Of a DNA stretch of 64,000 bases, positions 10,055-20,559 are shown piece by piece. The notes beneath the pieces are model-generated. The model searched no databases. It was not told the origin of the DNA and saw only the letters and a program-made list of their open reading frames with translations. Source of the stretch: Desulfosudaceae bacterium (GTDB taxonomy: Bacteria > Desulfobacterota > Desulfobacteria > Desulfobacterales > Desulfosudaceae). The translations under genes were made by a program, and so were the position numbers. Within the stretch, counting starts at the first letter, position 1, and every line of letters begins with the position of its first letter. The DNA lies in the NCBI GenBank assembly GCA_963674745.2, contig CAXXDV010000003.1, forward strand, positions 2,656,853 through 2,720,852. Direction: 5' to 3'.

Positions 10055-11554
10055 TTATGTCGCGGGCCGGGCACGGCCTTCAGCCCATTTTCTCAGTTCC
10101 GCGATCGATTCCTGGTAGGTCACGGCAAGCGGAACCGTTTCTTCGATTTCCTGTAGAATGTCATCGTTGTGAAGATCTCTGCCTTCTGCAAAAGCGTGGT
10201 AGAGGCCGGAAATAATCAGCTGCTCGATTTCCGCGCCGGTAAAGCTCTCTGATTTTTTCGTAAACAACGCGATATCAAAAGATTCCGGCCGGCGTTTTCG
10301 TTTGCTGATATGAATTTTAAAGATGCTTTCTCTTTCCTGCGCATTGGGCAGATCAATAAAAAATATTTCGTCAAACCGCCCTTTTCTCAAAAGTTCCGGC
10401 GGGAGGTTCCGGATATTATTGGCGGTGGCGATCACAAACACAGGGACCGTTTTTTCCTGCATCCATGTCAGAAATGTGCCGAAGACCCTGGCGGAAGCCC
10501 CGGAATCGGCGGAATGTTGAGACCCCATGCCGGAAAAAGCCTTGTCTATTTCATCCATCCAGAGGATGTTCGGGGACAGCGCTTCAGCGACCTTGATGGC
10601 CTCCCGGATATTTTTTTCAGAGGACCCCAGGTAGGCGTCGAAGATTTTGCCGACATCCAGTTTTAACAACGGCAGGTTCCAGAGGGTGGCGGTAACCTTT
10701 GCGGCCAGAGATTTGCCGCACCCCTGGACGCCCAGCAGCATCAGCCCTTTCGGCTCGGGAAGACCGAAGTCCCGTGCTTTCCGGGAAAAAGCCAGACCGC
10801 GTTTCTCCAGCCATACTTTCAGCCTGTCCAGCCCCCCGACCGAGCCGATATGTTCTGAAAAGTCATAGTACTCGAGAAGCCCGGATTTGCGGATAAGTTT
10901 TTTCTTTTCAGCCACGACCACCGGCAAATCCCTTTCGTCAAAGGCCTTATCGTTAACCACCAGCTTGGCATACAGATTTTCGACCTCGCTTTCGGTAAGC
11001 CCGCGTGAAGCGTTAATAATCTTTTCGATCAACTGCTCGTCAAAATCGGCCGTGATTTTTCCGGCCTTTTGTAAGGGTTTGACGATCTGGGCCAGGATAG
11101 CCCTTAATTCGTCCGGGGAAGGAAGCGGGATATCAACCGGGGTAATACTTTTTTCAAGCCCCGGCGGCAAAACCAGTACCGGCGAAACAATAAAAAGTGT
11201 CTTATAACTTTTCTTCAGGTCTGCCACAATATCCCGGAGTTTCCTGATAATGTCCGGATCTTCAAGATAGGCATGAAAATCTTTCAGGATGAACAACCCC
11301 GGTTCAGTATAGTTTAAAATCGTATCAAGTGCTTTTTCCGGCGTTTTACTGTTCCCGAATTTATCGGACGTATAAAACCCCCGGGTAACGCTCCAGAAAA
11401 AACACTTTTTTTTCGCAGCTTCAGCCGCCTGCATGATCAGTCGCTCTGCCCTGCTTTCTTCTGAAGTTACAAGATAAATAAGCGGGTACCGCGATTTGAT
11501 ATAAAGTATAATCTCCTCAAGCAGTTCTTTCATAAAAAGCTCCTCGAAAATCAT
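10055..11554 (-). CDS. AAA+ ATPase, Ycf46-like
   Basis: ILKDFH N-domain, GVQGCGKS, WMDEIDK, LPPELLRKGRFDEIFF. Confidence 0.9.
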   Translation of the reverse strand: MIFEELFMKELLEEIILYIKSRYPLIYLVTSEESRAERLIMQAAEAAKKKCFFWSVTRGFYTSDKFGNSKTPEKALDTILNYTEPGLFILKDFHAYLEDPDIIRKLRDIVADLKKSYKTLFIVSPVLVLPPGLEKSITPVDIPLPSPDELRAILAQIVKPLQKAGKITADFDEQLIEKIINASRGLTESEVENLYAKLVVNDKAFDERDLPVVVAEKKKLIRKSGLLEYYDFSEHIGSVGGLDRLKVWLEKRGLAFSRKARDFGLPEPKGLMLLGVQGCGKSLAAKVTATLWNLPLLKLDVGKIFDAYLGSSEKNIREAIKVAEALSPNILWMDEIDKAFSGMGSQHSADSGASARVFGTFLTWMQEKTVPVFVIATANNIRNLPPELLRKGRFDEIFFIDLPNAQERESIFKIHISKRKRRPESFDIALFTKKSESFTGAEIEQLIISGLYHAFAEGRDLHNDDILQEIEETVPLAVTYQESIAELRKWAEGRARPAT

Positions 11555-13449
11555 AATTCCAGGTACCGGGAAAAATGAGGCTGGTGCCCTGTTGGTTTTT
11601 CATTCAACGGGATATAACGCAGGCTGTCACGAAAAAGCAAGACCAGTCCGTTTGCCGTCAACGCCCATTCATTTAAAGATGCCTTCATTTGATATCGCCA
11701 TAGCGGTTGTTCATTTTCATAACAGATAATCATGCCCTGACGACTTATTATTTCATAGACATTGTCATGGTCGGCAAAAAAAAGCGCGTCCGAAGATCTG
11801 GTATTACGAACAGCCAGGACAGAAAGATTATTATCCATCCGGTAAAGCTTTTCTTTGCCAAGAGCCAGAACAGGATCAAGGGAAATCAGCGTCAGGTCCT
11901 CATCCGCGTTACTGATCACCGTTTTTTTTCTGTTTCCGCTGATCGTGTTGATCAAAAATACCGTTGCCGAACGGTTCAACACCCCTCCCAGTTGATCATT
12001 ACCGAACATCAACCCGTGGGCACCTCCGCTGGCCTTGAATTTATACGTCACTTCCCCGAACGCGGAATATCCGGTCATGCCCCGGGTATGGGCAACCATA
12101 ATTCCGGCCGCCTCGCATGAAATGCCGTCTGTTACCTCTCCGGCACAATCGGAATCAAGCGGCATGATTTTTTCTATTGTTCCGTCAAACTCCTGTATAA
12201 TCAGCCTGTGATCTCGTGTTATCAGGAATATTTTCTGATGATGATAATTAACAATCGGCCGGCGATAATAGGGATGCTCGTTTAAAATGAGTTTCGATTT
12301 CTTGTGCCCGATATCCACGATCGATATTTGCGCGCCACCGCAGATATACCCGAAAGATTCGTCATCGCTGATTCCGATCGCATTCGCGGGAGATGACAGA
12401 CCGGCCTCAAACCGAACCTTACCCGTCTCATCCAGAAAATGCACATTCCCGTTCCGGCCGATCAACCCCATCAAGGACCCCGAACGATTAACCGTCAATC
12501 TGCGCAGATCAAAACGCGGCATTTCAAAACCAGGTGACTTTTCCCAGGCAGGTACCATATCCTCAACCCGCCTGTTCTCATCGAGCTCGTAAAAATCTCC
12601 GGTCGTGGTTCCGTCAGCTGTGACCAGGTAGCACGTCAGGATACCTTCATCATCAACTATGAAATAACGACTGTTATCATGTGAAATGCCCATCCGGGAG
12701 ACAGTGTGGCTGATGAACGTATGAACCAGAGAATTATACCCGCTGTCAAATAAATTCAGATAATGATTCCCGTCCAGAACCAGTAAAAACCGCCCGTCGG
12801 GTGAAAGTGAGAACTGTGCGGCCGCCGTATCCAGATTCAGCAGATAAAAACCATCACCGCCGGCGTCGAACCGCACCAGGTCTCCGGACTGGTTCTTATA
12901 ATAGCTGTAGCATCCACCGGTCATCATCATATTTTCGGAAACATTAATCCCGTATGCTTCCCATTCGATCTCACCCCGTATATCCGTGCAGACCAGACAA
13001 TGATTCTGCAGATACGCGATAATATTTTCCGTCCCGGGAAAAACGCCGAAACACCGGACCAGATCATCAAAAACAATTTTCTCCCGCGTTGTCCCACCCG
13101 GCGTGATCACCGCAACCTCACGCATATATCCGCCCAGGACGGCACAATTTTTATACAGTTCCAGAAGACGGAATCTTTCATCAACCGGGATTTCGCGCCG
13201 TTGCCTGGTCCACAGGTCAAAGTAAAACAGTTGGCCTTCCCCCAGAAGCGCGAGCGTTGTCCCTTCGGCGTTGACCCTGAACGTCAACGGCCGGAAGGGG
13301 ATCGGATCTTCCCATTCGATTCGGCCTTCGGATGACAGGAATTGCAACCGGCCGTCATTCAAAAGAACAATTATCCCGTTGGTCGTAGGATGAAATTCAG
13401 CCCATATTACCTGATTGCCGGTTGGAACCTGAAAAATGGATGATGTCAT
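11551..13449 (-). CDS. Beta-propeller (WD40/PQQ-like) repeat protein
   Basis: Repeated blade-like motifs (SPDGRFLLV, GRIEWE, GEIEWE); 4-bp overlap with the AAA gene. Confidence 0.6.
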   Translation of the reverse strand: MTSSIFQVPTGNQVIWAEFHPTTNGIIVLLNDGRLQFLSSEGRIEWEDPIPFRPLTFRVNAEGTTLALLGEGQLFYFDLWTRQRREIPVDERFRLLELYKNCAVLGGYMREVAVITPGGTTREKIVFDDLVRCFGVFPGTENIIAYLQNHCLVCTDIRGEIEWEAYGINVSENMMMTGGCYSYYKNQSGDLVRFDAGGDGFYLLNLDTAAAQFSLSPDGRFLLVLDGNHYLNLFDSGYNSLVHTFISHTVSRMGISHDNSRYFIVDDEGILTCYLVTADGTTTGDFYELDENRRVEDMVPAWEKSPGFEMPRFDLRRLTVNRSGSLMGLIGRNGNVHFLDETGKVRFEAGLSSPANAIGISDDESFGYICGGAQISIVDIGHKKSKLILNEHPYYRRPIVNYHHQKIFLITRDHRLIIQEFDGTIEKIMPLDSDCAGEVTDGISCEAAGIMVAHTRGMTGYSAFGEVTYKFKASGGAHGLMFGNDQLGGVLNRSATVFLINTISGNRKKTVISNADEDLTLISLDPVLALGKEKLYRMDNNLSVLAVRNTRSSDALFFADHDNVYEIISRQGMIICYENEQPLWRYQMKASLNEWALTANGLVLLFRDSLRYIPLNEKPTGHQPHFSRYLEL

Positions 13450-13572
13450 TTGACCGACAATATAGCAGTACCGTATTTAAAATTCAATTTTTCCAAAAGC
13501 ACGTCCAGCCATGGAAATTGTGTAGTTGGATTGCCGATAAAAGCATGCAGGAAAAGTGGATTTCCTTTCATC

Positions 13573-13653
13573 AGGCGGCCACAGGGGGCCGTCCTTACAA
13601 CATTCGCAAGCGGCCTGCCACACAGCAGTAAGGGCATCCCCCGGGATGCCCCT
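13573..13653. repeat. Degenerate REP-like palindromes
   Basis: AGGCGGCCACAGGGGGCCGTCCTTAC and GTAAGGGCATCCCCCGGGATGCCCCT, similar to the cluster at 39568-39694. Confidence 0.5.
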
Positions 13654-13692
13654 GCGTCTTACCCAAAGGGTGAAATATTCGGGCACGAGATA

Positions 13693-14037
13693 CTAATCAT
13701 CCAGTTTCTGTAACGGCCTGGGGAATCCCAGCTTGGCAGCCGCCTTGTATTTACTTAAAACATAAGGCTCATAAACCGTTGGATCGGCCTGGAATTGGCT
13801 TAAGACTCGGTCTGCTTCCTGCCGTCTTTTACTCTCAATCCACTTTTTCCAATCATCAACGGAGTCCCAGGTGCTGATCACCATCACTTTGTTCGTATCC
13901 TCGATACAGATCAGGGTTTCACCTGAAATATACCCTTCCTTGTGCATGGCATTGGCCCGAAGATTTCTGAGTGCCTCGAAGAATGCTTTTTCCTTGCCTT
14001 CCGCAATCGTCCTTTTGATAACGACTTTTAAAATCAT
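13693..14037 (-). CDS. Antibiotic biosynthesis monooxygenase (ABM) family protein
   Basis: EGYISGETL...VISTWDSVDDWKKW. Confidence 0.85.
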   Translation of the reverse strand: MILKVVIKRTIAEGKEKAFFEALRNLRANAMHKEGYISGETLICIEDTNKVMVISTWDSVDDWKKWIESKRRQEADRVLSQFQADPTVYEPYVLSKYKAAAKLGFPRPLQKLDD

Positions 14038-14437
14038 GCCATCCCCCTTTCTGTTTTGGTTAATAATGATGCTGCATCCAAATTTATGATTACAACCTGT
14101 TACAACAGGCCGTGCTGATCAATCCGGTTCAGCCGACAGCATCTCCTGAAGGGCTGGATTCGATTTAAGCTGAGCAGTTACGCCGTAGGGCAGGAAAAAG
14201 AGATGTTAAATTTATAGCAAAAACGGCCTTTTAAGTCAATGTTATTCCGATTATAAAGACGAAATAATATTGACGCATACACCCGTCCTTGTTATAGATT
14301 TCGGTCAGGGGAAGGATTTATTATCGCTATCTTTATATTTAAAATTATTCACCACATCAAGACCGCACAAGGAGATCGTGCCCCCTTATCCACGGCCTGT
14401 TTCGTGAATTGATTTAAACGATTTGAGGGAGTTCAAA

Positions 14438-15631
14438 ATGGTTAAGGCAAAACTGCTTGCATTAATTGTTATCACTGCAATGGTTTGGGGTTGTGGTGAA
14501 AGTGCCGAAGAAAGACGTCTTGAAGAAGAACGCCTCATTGACGAGGTTGTGATATTGAAGTCAATTGCGGCCGCAAAAGAATATATTAATCGTTATCCCG
14601 ATGGGGAAAAAGCCGATTTTTGCAAAAACATAATCAATGAAGATGCCGCCTTTAGCAATGCTTCAAACGCAGGAACGCTTGAGCCCCTGATAAAATATCT
14701 GGATATGTACCCGTCAGGATTCCATGCCGAGGAAGCCAATGAAAGCATACAACAGATAATGTTTTCAATCGGCGATCGAGATATCGCCATAACCGAGCAG
14801 AAAAAAATCCTGGAAGACTACCTTCGGCTTGCCCCTGACGGAAAGTTTAGCGCACGGGCCGCCAGTGCCATCGACAATATCCGCTGGCTGGAGACCTGTT
14901 GCCAGGATAACGCTGTCGCTTATATCAACTACATGGGGAAAGGGGGGAAATACGACACTGACGCGAGCCTGCGGATCAAGGAAAAAGATGGACGCCCTGA
15001 GCTTCAAGAGCTGCGCCTGGGCATGACGGCTGACGAGGTAGAAAAAATTTTAGGGCCCCATTTATATGAATCAAGACTGTTTTCGGATGTCGGCGGAATA
15101 AGTCAATATGGTTCCTTTTACGCCATGAAGTATCCTGAAGCAGGTGTTCATTGCCATGTTCGCAACCATTCAGGACGAAAACTGGTTTATGAACTCCATC
15201 TGTACGAACCGTTCTCTTCATTCTACAATGGAATAAACATCGGTATGCCATTGGAAAAGATCAGGGGAATGTTCCCAGAGGCTACAACGGAAACCAGCCT
15301 TAGTGACAAGAAGGCTTATCTTTTCAAAGGTAATCAGCGTACGCTCTATGTCGGGCTTTCCCGTTCACCGGGCATCAGTACTCCGCCCCGTTACTTGAGA
15401 GTAACAACAGACAAGGGGCAACTTTACTTCCCGCAATATTCATACAACGCAAGTAGGGCGCTCCCATATATTGACGGTACACTGATGTTGAACCGCTGGA
15501 ACGCTGATCGTGTTCTAAGCGGTAAAAAGCTGTATGCCAGAATGAACTACGAGAAGGACAGCGTGATCAGTATCCATAATACGTCCGACAGTCTTCGTGG
15601 TGGTTTCATGATATTCCAATCCCCCAAATAG
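14438..15631 (+). CDS. Hypothetical lipoprotein
   Basis: Lipobox VWGC; repeated Y(I/L)..YP.G helical motifs. Confidence 0.65.
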   Translation: MVKAKLLALIVITAMVWGCGESAEERRLEEERLIDEVVILKSIAAAKEYINRYPDGEKADFCKNIINEDAAFSNASNAGTLEPLIKYLDMYPSGFHAEEANESIQQIMFSIGDRDIAITEQKKILEDYLRLAPDGKFSARAASAIDNIRWLETCCQDNAVAYINYMGKGGKYDTDASLRIKEKDGRPELQELRLGMTADEVEKILGPHLYESRLFSDVGGISQYGSFYAMKYPEAGVHCHVRNHSGRKLVYELHLYEPFSSFYNGINIGMPLEKIRGMFPEATTETSLSDKKAYLFKGNQRTLYVGLSRSPGISTPPRYLRVTTDKGQLYFPQYSYNASRALPYIDGTLMLNRWNADRVLSGKKLYARMNYEKDSVISIHNTSDSLRGGFMIFQSPK

Positions 15632-15703
15632 CTTGGCGAGACGAAGGCCTGTGCCGATTGTTAAATGCCCCGCTGCAAGCGTGGGTGTCAGTGTTTGAAA
15701 AAT

Positions 15704-17146
15704 TCATGAAACCGGGCCGTCCAATCTCAGCGTATGGTTGATGCAGGCCGGCAGGGTTTCCTGCTGGTGGGTAACGTAAATGATGCCCAGATCACCGGTT
15801 TCGGCAATCCTGTCAATCAGGCTTCGGAAATGCTGCTGCTGGTCGTTGTCAAACCCCAGGCAGGGTTCATCCAGCATCAATAAATACGGGTTTTTTACCA
15901 ACGCCCGGGCCAGAAGGCACTGACGCTGCCGGCTGGTCGACACGTCGCGCATGGGAACGGTTTTGGTGGATGACAACCCCATGATCGCCATCCACTGTTC
16001 GGCAATTTCCCTGTTTTCCGGACGGCTTTTGGAAAACAACCCGATGGAGTCGTAAAAACCCGACTCCACCACCTGCAGGCAGGTAAAGTCATAAGCGAAA
16101 TACTGGTGCAGCTCCGGAGACATGAACCCGATTTTCCGCTTGATATCCCAGATGCTTTCACCGCTGCCGCGCTTGCGGTCAAACAGAACGATATCATTGG
16201 CATAGGCCTGTGGGTGATCGCCATTAATCAGGCTCAACAGGGTCGATTTCCCCGACCCGTTGGGCCCGGACAGGGCCCAGCATTCTTTGGGGCGGACCTG
16301 CCAATTGACATTATCAAATATAACCGTGGGGCCGTATGCGACCCGGACGTTTTTCATGGCCACCAGCACATCACACCGCGCCCGTTCACCGCGATTGAGT
16401 AATTGATGAAGTGCCCCGGTATCCAGTTTTACCTCCGTCCCGATTTCACAGGGGGCAACAGAAAAATCCCGTTTTTTATATACCCGCATCTGCCGCCGGC
16501 CGTTTAAGGCGGCCACATGCGTAATGACCGCCGGGATCTCAGCGGGATTGGTTGACAGAACAAGACAGACCCCCGAAGCGGCAATCCGATTAAAGATTTC
16601 ATCAAATTCCGCCCGGATATCTGTATCCAGGCCGGCCAGGGGATTGTCCAGCAAGAGCAGCAGGGGGTCTTTCAGCAGGGCGGCGCCGATGCGCAAACGC
16701 TTGGTTTCACCATTGGACAGCATGATCAAGCGCTTATCGCCAAGCGGTCTCAGATGGAACGTCTCATAAACTTCGTCCAGGGTCCATTTTGTACCCGGAC
16801 GTTGCTGCACGACCTGCCGGTTTAAATAATCGTCTACCGTGGGCGCCTGTTCGACATACCCGGCGTTGAAGCGCTGCTGATAAAAGAATTCCGACGTATT
16901 GGAAACATTTTTGAAATTGTGCCTGGCATCCACGTAGGCAATCAGGCGGCGATGGGGAAAAAACGTATACTCAATACGTCCTTTGGAAATAAAATACCGG
17001 CCGGCCAGTGTCTGCAACAGGGCGCTTTTTCCGGAACCGCTTTTACCCACTACGGCCCAATGCTCGTTTTCCCGGATAAACAAATTCAGCCCGGTAAACA
17101 GCACCTGGTCGCGAAACTTTATGGTGGCATTCTGGATAGTCAGCAT
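15704..17146 (-). CDS. modF: ModF-like ABC ATPase with two ATP-binding domains
   Basis: GKSGSGKS and GPNGSGKS; GDHPQAYAND; GSGESIWDIKRKIG. Confidence 0.85.
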   Translation of the reverse strand: MLTIQNATIKFRDQVLFTGLNLFIRENEHWAVVGKSGSGKSALLQTLAGRYFISKGRIEYTFFPHRRLIAYVDARHNFKNVSNTSEFFYQQRFNAGYVEQAPTVDDYLNRQVVQQRPGTKWTLDEVYETFHLRPLGDKRLIMLSNGETKRLRIGAALLKDPLLLLLDNPLAGLDTDIRAEFDEIFNRIAASGVCLVLSTNPAEIPAVITHVAALNGRRQMRVYKKRDFSVAPCEIGTEVKLDTGALHQLLNRGERARCDVLVAMKNVRVAYGPTVIFDNVNWQVRPKECWALSGPNGSGKSTLLSLINGDHPQAYANDIVLFDRKRGSGESIWDIKRKIGFMSPELHQYFAYDFTCLQVVESGFYDSIGLFSKSRPENREIAEQWMAIMGLSSTKTVPMRDVSTSRQRQCLLARALVKNPYLLMLDEPCLGFDNDQQQHFRSLIDRIAETGDLGIIYVTHQQETLPACINHTLRLDGPVS

Positions 17147-17162
17147 TGATGGTATGCCCGGA

Positions 17163-17822
17163 TCAAATAAGGCCGGATCCTTCCAGCGCCGCGACAACCC
17201 CCTCGACTCCGTATACGCGTTGGGATTTCATGCCGCAGGCCAGGGCGGCATCCACGTTGATCTGATTGTCATCAAGAAACACAATGGTCTCAGCCGGCAC
17301 TCCGAGCTGCTCAACAACGTGCAAAAAGGCTTCTTTATCCGGTTTGACCATACCCATTTGAAACGAGGCAAAAGTGGTGTCAAAACAATCCAGCACCCGG
17401 TAATCGCGGCCCATGATTTCCCAGTGGATATGGTTGGTGTTGGAAAAACAGGCCAGGTGATAACGCGATGACAACCTTTCCAGCAGGTCCCTGGCGCCGG
17501 GGAAAAGGCCCGCGATCCAGGCCGTAAAAACGGATGTGAACGACGCATCATCAACTGAAAGTTTCAGTTCCGTCTTCAACTGCTCACGAAACACGGGGAA
17601 CTCGATATGCCCGCTTTCAAAGGCCCGAACAGCCGGGGAGACCAGCCATTTATCGACCAGTTCCTGGGGAGTCAGATCGTCTTTTGTCCACTCACACACA
17701 AGACCGGCACCGGATAACTGAAACAGGACTCCGCCCAGATCAAAAAGAATGGTGGATATGGATGACGCGTCATGGGAAACCATTATGTTCTCCAATACTT
17801 TTTCCGCCGGCCGCTTTGACAA
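17163..17822 (-). CDS. HAD-superfamily phosphatase (YihX-like)
   Basis: FDLGGVL, SNTN, KPD, FLDD; start codon uncertain. Confidence 0.88.
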   Translation of the reverse strand: MSKRPAEKVLENIMVSHDASSISTILFDLGGVLFQLSGAGLVCEWTKDDLTPQELVDKWLVSPAVRAFESGHIEFPVFREQLKTELKLSVDDASFTSVFTAWIAGLFPGARDLLERLSSRYHLACFSNTNHIHWEIMGRDYRVLDCFDTTFASFQMGMVKPDKEAFLHVVEQLGVPAETIVFLDDNQINVDAALACGMKSQRVYGVEGVVAALEGSGLI

Positions 17823-17881
17823 CGGCAGACTTTAATGTATATTAAAATTTTAATTCTATACGAAAAGTCATGAGGGCCACA

Positions 17882-18298
17882 ATGAAAAGTTTCCGTAAAG
17901 AATTGACCTTCAATGTGCCGTCCCGGCGGGGATTTATCAATATCACGCCGCAGGTGGACCAGTGCCTGGCCGAAAGCGGCATCCGCGAAGGGCTGGTGCT
18001 GGTCAACGCCATGCACATTACGGCTTCGGTGTTTATCAATGATGATGAATCCGGCCTTCATCATGATTACGACAAATGGCTGGAAAAACTGGCGCCCCAC
18101 GCGCCGGTGGACCAGTATCGTCACAACGTGGGTGAGGATAACGCCGACGCCCACATGAAGCGACAGATCATGGGGCGGGAAGTAGTGGTGGCGATCACAG
18201 ACGGCAGGCTTGATTTCGGTACCTGGGAACAGATCTTTTATGGCGAGTTCGACGGTCGCCGTCCTAAAAGAGTGTTGATCAAAATTATCGGGGAATAA
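17882..18298 (+). CDS. yjbQ: UPF0047/YjbQ family protein
   Basis: [33 protein letters not shown]. Confidence 0.92.
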   Translation: MKSFRKELTFNVPSRRGFINITPQVDQCLAESGIREGLVLVNAMHITASVFINDDESGLHHDYDKWLEKLAPHAPVDQYRHNVGEDNADAHMKRQIMGREVVVAITDGRLDFGTWEQIFYGEFDGRRPKRVLIKIIGE

Positions 18299-18591
18299 AA
18301 TAAAAACAACGGAACAACCGCCGTACAGAATTATTTGAACGCCGGCTTCCTTCCATGACATGGTATTGCAGGGAATTGGAAGGCCTGTCACGAACGACAG
18401 CACTTGTCGGGTCGCTTCCGGACACATCACTGTGCCGGCCGTTATCAGATCATTTTGACAAGGCCATTGCTGCCAGGCTCAGCACCGGGGAAAACGTCTT
18501 CCGGACCGGACCAGCAGCGGCATGGAACGAAACGCTTCGCCGCTGACAATTCGAGCTAAGCTTCTTTCACCGACAACAACGGAGAGCACTT

Positions 18592-20385
18592 ATGCCTAAC
18601 GGACCCGAATCGACGTTTCTGCAGGATCTTCAAGGCCGTATTAACTTAAAGGATATCCCTTTCAGCGAACGCGGCTCACGGTTACTGGTTTTCCGCAACG
18701 GCTCCACCTTGAACGTTCGCCTCGCCGAGCGCTGGGCGAAATGGGAACAGGAGGTGGGGCATTATCGGTTTCGCAAACCGGTGCTCGACCAATTTGCGCT
18801 CATGGATGAAGGCGGGCATCCGATTGATTTTCAGTTGCAGGCCTTTCCCCATGCCCTGTATTTTGAGACACCTCTCGGACAGGCGTGGCTCGCCTTTATG
18901 GATGAAGAGACGCTTTATATCCGATTACCCCGGGCTTCATGCGGTTTTTCTTTTCGCGTGTACGCAACTCATGGGCAAACGGATCGTCGTGGAGGAGAAT
19001 TCAAAGGCGATCCGGAACACCGGCAGACCCATCGGAATATCGCCTATAGCACAAACGCCCGCCCGGTAAGCAACGCCATCACCCGGGAAGGGGACGGCTA
19101 TCTGCGCGTTCAGATGCAGGTGGATGCGACTCAAGATTCAGGCCTGGTGCTCAACATAACACCCCGCCTGGGGTTAAACCGTCGCGTGCCTCCGGGTGAT
19201 CAGGTCATGCAACAGGCGGAGCGATGCTGGCACAACTGGTTTGCGGCTGCGCCCCGGGTGGACAAAAAGTATGAAAAACAATACTACTACGCCTGGTGGA
19301 TTCTGCGGGCCGGCCTGTTGAGTTCACGTTTTCACCTGACACGTGAAGCCATGGTCCCATCAATGAACCATTATGTGGGCGTCTGGGCCTGGGATGCTTT
19401 TTTTCACGCTTTGGCTTACCGGCATATCGATCAGCCGCTGGCCGAGAATCAGTTGCGTATCTTGTTAGATCACCAACAGGACAACGGTCTGGTCCCCGAT
19501 GCGGTACATGACGAAGGCGTAGTGACTTCATGGAAACTGCCCGATTTATCTGGAACGGCACCCGTTACCAAACCGCCCCTGATCGGGTGGACCGCCATGA
19601 AGCTCTACCAGACAACCGGAAACCGTGATTTTATGGATGAAATATACGAACCCATCAGCCGATGGAATCGCTGGTGGTTTAATGAAAATGACGATGATTC
19701 GGACGGAATCGTTCAATACAACCATCCCTATTCATCCGGGTTGGACGACAGCCCGCTCTGGGATCAGGGTGTTCCGGTGGAGTCGCCTGACATCAATACC
19801 TATTTGGTCATGCAGATGGATGCCCTTGCCCGCATGGCTGATGTCCTGGGACTGGAGAAAGAATCCCGCCAGTGGAAGGCGAGTGCCAAAATACTGACGG
19901 AAAAAATGATTTCTCATTTCTGGGATGAAAAGGCAGGATTGTTCTGGGCCATGCGGGACCATCACCCCATCCGGGTAATCACGCCGTTTAATTTATACCC
20001 CTTGATCACCGGCCGCCTTGATCAGAAAATGGTAAAACGACTGATAACCCACCTTGAGGACAAAGATAAATTCTGGACAAAATATCCCCTTGCGACTGTC
20101 GCCAGAACCGACCCCGAATACAATCCCGACCAAATGTGGAGAGGCCCCACCTGGGTCAATGTCAACTATCTGTTCATCGAAGGACTGGTGCGCTGCGGCC
20201 ACCATGACCTGGCCCGGAAGCTACGGGATAAGACTTTGGAATTACTGATGTTACACAACGATATTTATGAATACTACAACCCCGATACCGGTTCGCCACC
20301 GCCCAAGGCAGCGTCGGTTTTCGGCTGGTCAAGCGCCGTTTTTGTCGATCTGGCCATCAAGGCCTCGCAAGGAGAAATCATTTGA
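18592..20385 (+). CDS. (alpha/alpha)6 glycoside hydrolase, GH63/MGH1-like
   Basis: WAWDAFF, TKPP, SSGLDDSP, WRGPTWVNVNY, EYYNP, FGWS. Confidence 0.85.
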   Translation: MPNGPESTFLQDLQGRINLKDIPFSERGSRLLVFRNGSTLNVRLAERWAKWEQEVGHYRFRKPVLDQFALMDEGGHPIDFQLQAFPHALYFETPLGQAWLAFMDEETLYIRLPRASCGFSFRVYATHGQTDRRGGEFKGDPEHRQTHRNIAYSTNARPVSNAITREGDGYLRVQMQVDATQDSGLVLNITPRLGLNRRVPPGDQVMQQAERCWHNWFAAAPRVDKKYEKQYYYAWWILRAGLLSSRFHLTREAMVPSMNHYVGVWAWDAFFHALAYRHIDQPLAENQLRILLDHQQDNGLVPDAVHDEGVVTSWKLPDLSGTAPVTKPPLIGWTAMKLYQTTGNRDFMDEIYEPISRWNRWWFNENDDDSDGIVQYNHPYSSGLDDSPLWDQGVPVESPDINTYLVMQMDALARMADVLGLEKESRQWKASAKILTEKMISHFWDEKAGLFWAMRDHHPIRVITPFNLYPLITGRLDQKMVKRLITHLEDKDKFWTKYPLATVARTDPEYNPDQMWRGPTWVNVNYLFIEGLVRCGHHDLARKLRDKTLELLMLHNDIYEYYNPDTGSPPPKAASVFGWSSAVFVDLAIKASQGEII

Positions 20386-20559
20386 TTTGAGTTGGCGGAT
20401 TCATTCCCCTTCTAAAAAAAATATTTTTGGGCGCCCATTGCTTTTCCCTGCGCCATAACTATATTTCATAACATTCTGATCTGTTATTTACACTTCTCTA
20501 TTCTTGATCCTGGCTGGATCTCCTTTACATTTTTTGCCTAAGCAAGAAGGACGAACCCC

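Noticed and set aside
14040..14420. Riboswitch or ncRNA in the intergenic region
   Set aside because: Some pairing potential but no consensus I recognise; I also found no tRNA or rRNA genes in the window.
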